Origin: Alphaproteobacteria bacterium
GTDB lineage: Bacteria > Pseudomonadota > Alphaproteobacteria > Rs-D84
Length of the DNA stretch: 64,000 nt
Assembly (NCBI GenBank): GCA_031549365.1
Contig: JAVBPX010000004.1
Coordinates: 46,627 to 110,626, forward strand
Reading direction: 5' to 3'
Within the stretch, counting starts at the first letter, position 1. Every line of letters begins with the position of its first letter. The notes under the pieces are model-generated. The model was not told the origin of the DNA. It worked only from the letters and a program-made list of their open reading frames with translations, and searched no databases. Below are positions 56,380 through 64,000 of this stretch, in pieces. The position numbers were made by a program, and so were the translations under genes.

Positions 56380-57548
56380 TATTTTGGTTTCCCGTTTGTA
56401 TCAACAGTTTTTTTCACATTTTTCAAACCAACAACAATCCTGTCCCCAGTTTTTAATTCTGAATCAGGGATAACTTCGGCCTCGGTCGCCGTTGTAATTC
56501 CCCGTTTATATGTAACAACATGCGGTTGGCGTTCGCCTTCGGACAAAACCAAAATAGCATCTTTTGCTGTTAATTCACCAGACTGAACCCGTGGATCATC
56601 TGATAAATCTTTAATAGACTTAATAGATAATGCTACATTTGGAACCTTCCAAACATTTTCTTTTTCTTGGATTAAAATTGTAACGAACGCAGTCATCCCA
56701 GGCATCAAATGCAAATCAGAATTATCCACATCAATAATAACCGTGTAAATAACAACGTTCTGTGTTGTGGTTGGGGACAAACGAATTTGTTTAACAATAC
56801 CGTCAAATGTTTTTGTTGGATATGCATCTACTGTAAAAGTAACATTTTGGCCCATTTTAATCATACCGATATCTGCTTCGGACACAGACGTTTCAATCTG
56901 CATTTTACGCAAATCTTCGGCAATTGAAAATAAATCCGGAGTCTGAAAACTGGCTGCAACGGTTTGACCTTCGTCCACCTGGCGCGCAATCACCGTGCCC
57001 GATACGGGCGATTTAATCGTCGCATATCCCAAATTTGTAATAGAACGATCATATTGCGATTTCGCAGAATTATAATTTTGAACCGCAGACACATAATTTG
57101 TATTTGATTGATCCAATTCAGAACGCGCGATAAAACCGCTCTTGAACAATTCTGCGGAACGATCATATTCTTTTTTTGCATAATCGCGTTGTGATTCCAT
57201 ACGTTTTAAATTGGCCAGAGATTCATCAACCGAAGCCTGTAACACGGACGGATCAATTTCCAATAGAATTTGATCTTTGGTTACTTGATCATTGTAATCA
57301 ACAAATATCTTTTGAATTGTACCCGAAACCTGTGATCCAACTTTAATAATATTAACAGGATTAATTTCGCCCGTAGCGGTTACAACTTGACGCAATTTTC
57401 CATAAGTTATGGACACTGTATGATATTTTTCACCCACTTTGTCCGTACGATAATGATTATAAATTCTATATCCCAACAATGCGATTAATATAATAACTAT
57501 TGATTTCCAAACAATCGGTTTTTTAAAAAATGAAAATATTTTACTCAT
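56379..57548 (-). CDS. macA: MacA-type periplasmic adaptor (membrane fusion protein)
   Basis: VGSQVSG, IKSPVSG.V, GQTVAASFQTP.LF and LMPGMTA. Confidence 0.92.
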   Translation of the reverse strand: MSKIFSFFKKPIVWKSIVIILIALLGYRIYNHYRTDKVGEKYHTVSITYGKLRQVVTATGEINPVNIIKVGSQVSGTIQKIFVDYNDQVTKDQILLEIDPSVLQASVDESLANLKRMESQRDYAKKEYDRSAELFKSGFIARSELDQSNTNYVSAVQNYNSAKSQYDRSITNLGYATIKSPVSGTVIARQVDEGQTVAASFQTPDLFSIAEDLRKMQIETSVSEADIGMIKMGQNVTFTVDAYPTKTFDGIVKQIRLSPTTTQNVVIYTVIIDVDNSDLHLMPGMTAFVTILIQEKENVWKVPNVALSIKSIKDLSDDPRVQSGELTAKDAILVLSEGERQPHVVTYKRGITTATEAEVIPDSELKTGDRIVVGLKNVKKTVDTNGKPK

Positions 57549-57562
57549 AATTACTCCTGTAT

Positions 57563-58903
57563 TTAATTCAAATCTGCCTGAACATCCCCAATTGCCAAAG
57601 CCAAAGCAGAGCGTTTAATTAAAAAATCATACTTTGCAGAAATTGCCTGGCGTTTTGCACTGGCCAATTCTGCCTGCTGCGTCATCCAGTCCAACATCGT
57701 AGAGCGCCCAACTTTATACATTCCGCGCGTAACGCGTTCTGATTCAGTCGCACTGATCAACAGCGTTTCAGACGAAGACAACAATTCGCGCGCCGTAATA
57801 TAATTTTGATACGCTTTCCAAACATCCAATTCAATGGCATCTTGTTTGTTTTTCAATTGCTCTATGCTTTTATCGTAATTGTATTTGGCTGCACGCTGTT
57901 TGTTCAAATCAGCAAACCCTGAAAACAAAGGCATTGAAACACGCAACCCAATCGCAGACGAATGGCGATCCCCAGGGATTGCACGTTCTGTGTCAACGTA
58001 ACCCACAGATCCGTACCCAGACAAACTGGGCAAACGATCCAAAAACACAGAATCCCATTGTGCCTTGGCGCTTTTTGTTGTTTGTTCCACACTTAATAAA
58101 TCTGGCCGTTTTTCCTTGGCAATCGCAATTAATTCATCCACTGAACGGCCTTCGACTTCACGCGTTTTGGATGTTTCTGAATCATCCAAAACAATCTTTT
58201 GATTTTGTTCGTATGATAACAAATATAATAATTGTCCGGCGGCTACCTCGGTCGCCATTTCGGCACGCTGCATATCCATTTGTCGTTGTGCAACGGTTGT
58301 TTCCGCCTTTAATACATCGGCCTTTGGCACAACGCCAGCCTTGTATTTTTGATCTGACATTTGCTTGGCTTCCTTGGCAACTTTTAATAAATCAGCCGCA
58401 GCCACTTCATCCGCCTGGGCCATTAATAACGTATAATAGCCCTGAACCACATCAAACACATATGTTTGAACAGTTGTGTTATGATCAAAGTCCACAGCCT
58501 TCCAAACGGCGGTCATATTGTTTAAATCGGAATAACGTTTTCCAAAATCAAATAATAAATAATTTGCTGTTAATGTTGCCGAACTGAATTCGCCATGGTT
58601 GTGCGTATGACCCGGGACCGCATCAATCGACGCTGAATCTTTGGACCAACCCATTTCGGCGCCAACATTGACAGATGGCATATATGGCGCATACGCAGCA
58701 TTTTTATTTGCCCGCGCGGCCAAAACCGCAGAATATGCCGCACGTGTTTGAGGGTTTCGACATAAACCCATCGATACAATTTCATCCAAACTCAACTTTC
58801 CATCCGGCACAGAATCAGACGTTTGGCACCCAGATATATCCGCAGCCAAAACACACGACGGAATCGCCAAAAACCCCACTATAAACAGCGAAAATTTCTT
58901 CAT
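57563..58903 (-). CDS. TolC family outer membrane efflux protein
   Basis: Signal peptide, GL.RNP, YLLFDFG, MPLFSG and YKVG; first gene of the efflux operon. Confidence 0.92.
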   Translation of the reverse strand: MKKFSLFIVGFLAIPSCVLAADISGCQTSDSVPDGKLSLDEIVSMGLCRNPQTRAAYSAVLAARANKNAAYAPYMPSVNVGAEMGWSKDSASIDAVPGHTHNHGEFSSATLTANYLLFDFGKRYSDLNNMTAVWKAVDFDHNTTVQTYVFDVVQGYYTLLMAQADEVAAADLLKVAKEAKQMSDQKYKAGVVPKADVLKAETTVAQRQMDMQRAEMATEVAAGQLLYLLSYEQNQKIVLDDSETSKTREVEGRSVDELIAIAKEKRPDLLSVEQTTKSAKAQWDSVFLDRLPSLSGYGSVGYVDTERAIPGDRHSSAIGLRVSMPLFSGFADLNKQRAAKYNYDKSIEQLKNKQDAIELDVWKAYQNYITARELLSSSETLLISATESERVTRGMYKVGRSTMLDWMTQQAELASAKRQAISAKYDFLIKRSALALAIGDVQADLN

Positions 58904-58980
58904 TTACTCACCTATTGATTGCTTGTATTGTAACACAAAAAAAGATTTGCACCAATCAAAAAATGTTATACCATATGGTT

Positions 58981-59700
58981 ATGAAGCTTGAAACAATTGG
59001 TTTTGTAATATCAATTCGTCCACATACTGAACGCGATTTAATTATCACCGTTTTCACAGTGGACTATGGGTTAATTTCTGGCTTAATGCGATTTGGCCAA
59101 TCATCCCGCAATAAAATCCACGTACAACCAGGAATGTTGGGCAATATAACATGGTCCGCCCGACTGGACCATCATTTAGGAAACATAAATTTGGACATTG
59201 ATAAAAATTTATCAGCACGCTTAATGTCAAATCCACCTGCATTGGCCGCCATGAATTCCATGTTTGCATTGTTAATCGGGACATTACCCGAACGTGAACA
59301 ATTCCTGGAATTATACGACCAAACACTATCCGCGCTTCTACATTTATCTGACGAACCATTAAAACGATACAGCCTGTGGGAAATAAACCTCATCAATGCT
59401 TTGGGATACGGACTGAATTTAACAAAATGCAGTGGTTGTGGCAAAACCGACCATTTAACCCACATATCGCCCAAAACTGGACGCGCTGTTTGTGCAGATT
59501 GCGCAGCACCATATTTGGATAAATTATTCATATTACCCGAATATTTAAAATCCCGAACAACTGCCGACAACAACGACATTAATGCCTCATTGAACATATC
59601 TGGATTTTTCTTGAATCATTTGATTCAAAATCACGGCGGGAATATGCCATCGGCCCGCGACCGACTGATTTTGATAAAAAACTTGCAATCATTGAATTAA
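58981..59700 (+). CDS. recO: DNA repair protein RecO
   Basis: R.H.E.D, WSARL..HLG, LPERE, LGYGL.L..C..CG and [10 protein letters not shown]; upstream of parC. Confidence 0.92.
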   Translation: MKLETIGFVISIRPHTERDLIITVFTVDYGLISGLMRFGQSSRNKIHVQPGMLGNITWSARLDHHLGNINLDIDKNLSARLMSNPPALAAMNSMFALLIGTLPEREQFLELYDQTLSALLHLSDEPLKRYSLWEINLINALGYGLNLTKCSGCGKTDHLTHISPKTGRAVCADCAAPYLDKLFILPEYLKSRTTADNNDINASLNISGFFLNHLIQNHGGNMPSARDRLILIKNLQSLN

Positions 59701-59735
59701 ACCGTTACACTGCCGGACTGATAAACGGTGAAAAA

Positions 59736-61982
59736 ATGAACGCAAAAACCACAAATATAATTGAAAATATAGATTCCCAACAGTTGGCAGACGCCCTGTC
59801 GGAACGCTATTTGTCATACGCAATTTCGACAATTGTATCACGCGCCCTACCCGATGTCCGTGACGGTTTAAAACCAGTTCATCGCCGTATTTTATATTCA
59901 ATGCGCAACCAAAAATTAAATCCAAACTCTGGATTTAAAAAATGCGCAACCGTTGTTGGTGATGTAATCGGCCATTATCACCCACACGGGGATTCCGCAA
60001 TTTATGACGCTATGGTCCGCCTGGCCCAGGATTTTTCCGTTCGTTATCCTCTGGTCGATGGCCAGGGTAACTTTGGAAACATCGACGGCGATCCGGCAGC
60101 GGCATATCGATACACTGAATCCCGCATGACCGTGCCGGCCACATTAATCATGGACGGATTGGATGAAAACGCTGTGGATTTCGTACCAAATTTTGACGGA
60201 TCCACATCCGAACCATCTGTTATGCCCGGCGCATTTCCAAATTTATTGGCAAACGGATCTATGGGAATTGCTGTTGGTATGGCAACAAATATTCCATCCC
60301 ATAACGTTTCTGAAATTTGTGATGCATTAACATATTTATTGGATAAACCGGATGCAACAACCGCCCAAATTATGAAAAAATTGGTTGGCCCCGATTTTCC
60401 AACCGGCGGCATTTTAATCGAAGATTTTGATTCAATCGTAAAAACGTACGAAACTGGTCGCGGAACATTTCGTGTTCGAGCAAAATGGGAACGCGTTGAT
60501 TTGTCCCACGGTCAATACCAAATCGTAATCACAGAAATTCCATACGGCGTCCAAAAATCAAAATTAATTGAAAACATTGCGAATTTATTGGATCAAAAAA
60601 AATTACCTTTGATTAATGATATTATGGACGAATCCACAACCGATGTTCGAATTGTAATCGAACCAAAATCGCGCACAACGGATGCGGATGTTGTTATGGC
60701 CCATTTATTTGCAACAACCGATTTGGAATCACGCTTTAATATGAACTTCAACGTAATTGATTCCACCAACAGTCCGCGCGTTATGTCAATTCATCAAACA
60801 CTGACCGAATTCATCAATCACCAACGCATTGTTTTACAGCGCAAAACCACACACCGTTTGGATCAAATCGCGCACAGGCTGGAAGTATTGGGCGGATATC
60901 TGATTGCATTTTTAAATTTGGATCGCGTAATCCAAATTATCCGTGAAAATGATTCCCCTAAACCAATAATGATTGTTGAATTTAATTTAACGGACATCCA
61001 GGCCGAGGCCATTTTGAACATGCGCCTACGCTCGTTGAAAAAGTTAGAAGAGATGGAAATCAGGGCCGAGGATGAAAAACTCCGCACCGAACAAAAGAAC
61101 CTGACCGAATTATTGGCCTCCGACGAATTAATGAAAAACGCATTAAAGGATTCATTCGCATCAATCGAAAAAATGTTTTCGAAAAAAACAACAATTGGAA
61201 AACGCCGCACATTATGGCAACCAAACGCGGAAACGATTACCGTCAATGCCGAAGATTTCATTGAACGCGAACCAATCACAGTTATCATTTCAAATTTGGG
61301 CTGGATCCGCGCGGCCAAGGGTCACACTGATCTAAACGCGACCGATGTTAAATTCAAGGATGGCGACGGATTGCTAACCGCATTCCACGCACAATCAACC
61401 GATAAATTAATGGTATTTTCATCTGACGGCCGCATGTTTACAATGCCGGCCAACAATTTACCATCTGCCCGCGGATTTGGCGAATCAATTCGTTTGATGA
61501 TTGATTTGGGACCTGACGATTCAATCGTTCGTGCATGGCCATACGTTGCCGACACACGTTTGTTATTGGCAAATCGTCACGGCGGTGGATTTATAATTAA
61601 TTCGAATAATATACTTGCCCAAACTAAAAATGGCAAAGCAATCATGAATGTGGATTCAAAAAACCCAGCCATAATTTGTGCGGATATTCCAAACGATGCC
61701 AACATGGTCGCATTCAGCGGATCAAACGATAAATTATTGGTATTTGGAATTGATGAAATTCCAGAATTGAACAGGGGCAAGGGCGTAATCCTACAAAAAT
61801 ATAACGCTGAAAAAACATCCGTATTGGATGTAACGTTCTTTGATAAATCAAACGGATTAACCTGGACAACTGGTCGTGGCACAACCAAATTGGATGATTA
61901 TGGTCCATGGCTGGGCAAACGCGCGGCCCAGGGTCGAACTGTTCCCGTCGGTTTTCCCCGCAGCGGCAAATTTAAAAATTAA
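59736..61982 (+). CDS. parC: DNA topoisomerase IV subunit A
   Basis: [27 protein letters not shown]; no GyrA box; C-terminal RAAQG; recO-parC synteny. Confidence 0.93.
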   Translation: MNAKTTNIIENIDSQQLADALSERYLSYAISTIVSRALPDVRDGLKPVHRRILYSMRNQKLNPNSGFKKCATVVGDVIGHYHPHGDSAIYDAMVRLAQDFSVRYPLVDGQGNFGNIDGDPAAAYRYTESRMTVPATLIMDGLDENAVDFVPNFDGSTSEPSVMPGAFPNLLANGSMGIAVGMATNIPSHNVSEICDALTYLLDKPDATTAQIMKKLVGPDFPTGGILIEDFDSIVKTYETGRGTFRVRAKWERVDLSHGQYQIVITEIPYGVQKSKLIENIANLLDQKKLPLINDIMDESTTDVRIVIEPKSRTTDADVVMAHLFATTDLESRFNMNFNVIDSTNSPRVMSIHQTLTEFINHQRIVLQRKTTHRLDQIAHRLEVLGGYLIAFLNLDRVIQIIRENDSPKPIMIVEFNLTDIQAEAILNMRLRSLKKLEEMEIRAEDEKLRTEQKNLTELLASDELMKNALKDSFASIEKMFSKKTTIGKRRTLWQPNAETITVNAEDFIEREPITVIISNLGWIRAAKGHTDLNATDVKFKDGDGLLTAFHAQSTDKLMVFSSDGRMFTMPANNLPSARGFGESIRLMIDLGPDDSIVRAWPYVADTRLLLANRHGGGFIINSNNILAQTKNGKAIMNVDSKNPAIICADIPNDANMVAFSGSNDKLLVFGIDEIPELNRGKGVILQKYNAEKTSVLDVTFFDKSNGLTWTTGRGTTKLDDYGPWLGKRAAQGRTVPVGFPRSGKFKN

Positions 61983-61983
61983 T

Positions 61984-62059
61984 GTTCCCATAGTTCAACT
62001 GGATAGAACGGGTCCCTCCTAAGGATCTGATACAGGTTCAAGTCCTGTTGGGAACGCCA
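61984..62059 (+). tRNA. tRNA-Arg (CCT)
   Basis: GTTCCCA-TAGTTCAACTGGATAGAAC-GGGTCC-CTCCTAA-GGATC...GGTTCAAGTCC...TGGGAAC-G-CCA. Confidence 0.96.
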
Positions 62060-62233
62060 TAAAATGAAATGACCCTATCCGGGTCATTTTGTTTTATCAG
62101 TGTTACACAGGATCTTGAACCTGTAAGATTCCTTACAAGGCAACTTGTTGCCGCAGTGGAAAGGGGCCCATTTGTCCAATCTTTGATTGGGTATAAATGG
62201 GAATTACTATTCCTGTTGGGAACGCCATAAAAT
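62060..62233 (+). mobile_element. tRNA-linked hairpin-rich miniature element with duplicated tRNA 3' end
   Basis: 23-bp direct repeat TCCTGTTGGGAACGCCATAAAAT at 62043-62065 and 62211-62233; internal inverted T-arm copy and hairpins. Confidence 0.75.
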
Positions 62234-62340
62234 AAAATACCCCCTCCACCGGGGGATTTAAATTTATATTTCCATCCCGATTGACATTCATTAACTTTTT
62301 TTGCTATTATCCATCGGTGAAAAAGAAAGGGGATTAAACC

Positions 62341-62835
62341 ATGAAAAAATTAATTGCTGCCGCACTGCTGACAACAATTACATCCGCGGCCCACGCCGTA
62401 TGTCCGGTCTGCACCGTTGGTGTTGCCGCCGGGTTGGGCGTATCACGCTGGTTGGGGATCGATGACGTATTAACCGGAATCTGGATTGGTGGATTAACAG
62501 TATCGTTAATTTTTTGGACCGCATCATATTTAAAACGCCGCGGCATTCGTGCTAAATGGGCATATTTGTTGAATTTTTTGGGTTATTATGCCCTGACCTT
62601 TTCGGTATATTTATTGCCTGACTTTTATTTCGGATCACACACATTGTGGGGTATCGATAAATTATTTATGGGAATCGTCGTTGGATCAATCGGATTATGG
62701 ATGGGCAGTTTTTGGTACGAAAATATTAAAAAAAGAAACGGCGGACACGCGCAATTTAAATTTCAAAAGGTTGCAATGCCAATCGGTATATTATTGGTAT
62801 TAACCGCAATTTTTTCAGCAATCATATATTTATAA
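62341..62835 (+). CDS. Uncharacterised membrane protein with N-terminal CPVC motif
   Basis: Signal-like AHA followed by VCPVC; 4-5 TM helices; TTGACA...GCTATTAT promoter at 62281-62310. Confidence 0.85.
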   Translation: MKKLIAAALLTTITSAAHAVCPVCTVGVAAGLGVSRWLGIDDVLTGIWIGGLTVSLIFWTASYLKRRGIRAKWAYLLNFLGYYALTFSVYLLPDFYFGSHTLWGIDKLFMGIVVGSIGLWMGSFWYENIKKRNGGHAQFKFQKVAMPIGILLVLTAIFSAIIYL

Positions 62836-62848
62836 TCGGGGGCAAATT

Positions 62849-63508
62849 ATGGCAACTAAATCAAAAAAAATCGAACCAAAAACCGCATCTTGCGGACTAA
62901 ACCCACCATCAAAAAAAACATTTGATAACTGGCAGGAAATGGTCGAAAAAATCGACCAATCGAAAAAAATAAATCCAAAAGATTTATCATCCGACCAGGA
63001 TTTATCAATCGCAGTAATGAATTTAATTTCATTGGAAGAACACTTTATGTTTTCGGGCGCAAAAACCAAGAAAACACAATATTATGATATGATTAATGAC
63101 ATCCGCGAAATGCGCAAGGAATTGATGCAAAAATTAATCCCAGGGTACGAAGGCGAAGTCTGGTGCATATCAAAACACTTGCTGGCCACATCAATGCGTA
63201 TTATGGAAGTTGGGACCAAAGCATTGGGGAATGGCGACAACAAAACCGCATATGATTTGTTCGAAAAATCATATGATTTATATTCATTATTTTGGGGACT
63301 GAATATGGGATTAATTGATGCAACTGGGGCCAAACAAATCGACAGCCAAATCATTGCTGATTACAATTCCAAACAAACAAAATCGACATCGGCAAATCAC
63401 GGACAAACAACATCCACTTCCATCAAAAATGAACCCCGCCATAACAAAGGCATTTTGGGGTCCATGGGCGATTGGGTCAAAAACGCCGTCAATTGCTGTA
63501 TTGAATAA
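62849..63508 (+). CDS. Uncharacterised helical protein with EEH, WCISKH and C-terminal CC motifs
   Basis: 219-aa ORF, GGGGG RBS, 13 bp after the previous gene. Confidence 0.85.
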   Translation: MATKSKKIEPKTASCGLNPPSKKTFDNWQEMVEKIDQSKKINPKDLSSDQDLSIAVMNLISLEEHFMFSGAKTKKTQYYDMINDIREMRKELMQKLIPGYEGEVWCISKHLLATSMRIMEVGTKALGNGDNKTAYDLFEKSYDLYSLFWGLNMGLIDATGAKQIDSQIIADYNSKQTKSTSANHGQTTSTSIKNEPRHNKGILGSMGDWVKNAVNCCIE

Positions 63509-63526
63509 ATTCTATTTTTACACCTT

Positions 63527-63553
63527 AAAAACTCTGGCAAAACCAGAGTTTTT
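63527..63553 (+). terminator. Intrinsic terminator
   Basis: AAAAACTCTGG-CAAAA-CCAGAGTTTTT. Confidence 0.8.
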
Positions 63554-63946
63554 ATTTTTGTCATTGCGAACCGATTTATTGGCGCGGCAATCTTTGTAAT
63601 TATATCACTGTATATACAAAAACTGGACAGATGAAAAATGAAAAATAAATTGATAAGCAATTGATTCAAAATTAAATTTATGATGACAAAATGGAAACAT
63701 GCAAAATAAACTTGACCAAAATTTAATAACATTGATGGGTGTTCGCAACCCGAAACCATTTATCATAAAATCGGAATAAAAACCCGGGCAAATGATTCCA
63801 AAAAATCCCATAAAACAAATTTTTCGAACCCTGCTCTGAACTTTGGATTCACACGATAAAAATATATCCCATGTCTATACACTTTTTCTATTTACACGGC
63901 ATGATTGTTTTTGCTATTGTCTGAACAAGAGGTAGGAAATCTTTTA

Positions 63947-64000
63947 ATGAATTATGCAAAATTGCTTGATTTTCAACGAATTGCCAACGGTATGCAATTT
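63947..64000 (+). CDS. Possible start of a gene running off the window
   Basis: GAGGTAGG upstream; open frame MNYAKLLDFQRIANGMQF. Confidence 0.35.
   Translation, partial: MNYAKLLDFQRIANGMQF

Noticed and set aside
63600-63940. Long AT-rich intergenic region as a possible origin or ncRNA
   Set aside because: I see no clear DnaA-box cluster, repeats or stable structure.
1-64000. Alternative genetic code or CRISPR array
   Set aside because: Core genes are full length under the standard code with TAA, TAG and TGA all used as stops, and no regularly spaced repeat-spacer array was seen.

Overview
Core-genome segment of a low-GC alphaproteobacterium. The gene set (PFOR, Fe-SOD, bactofilin-M23 module, rne/M48/DsbA, acpS-lepB-rnc, recO-parC) suggests an anaerobic or host-associated lineage, which is an inference. 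The window holds about 57 CDS and 3 tRNAs; I see no integrase, transposase, CRISPR array or rRNA. The notable signals are small-scale. (1) A 2454-bp two-gene cassette (helical/HEAT-like repeat-SAM methyltransferase fusion plus an atypical CYTH protein) is bounded by a perfect 32-bp direct repeat that overlaps the predicted tRNA-Met promoter. (2) Five dispersed 125-170 bp palindromic elements share a core RTATA-N3-ACATAY, show compensatory stem changes, and sit at or within a few bp of gene stop codons; some carry stacked remnants or a nested mini-hairpin. (3) Two tRNA genes are each followed by a 170-180 bp hairpin-rich element ending in a duplicated tRNA 3' end. (4) A four-gene GNAT tandem array carries the scar of a lost copy. 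(5) Unusual proteins include a membrane-anchored phage-type lysozyme-TPR fusion, a MotA-like protein with AT-hook-like tail motifs, and a CPxC membrane protein paired with a Cys/His-rich partner. Protein identities come from motif recognition only; no database searches were run.
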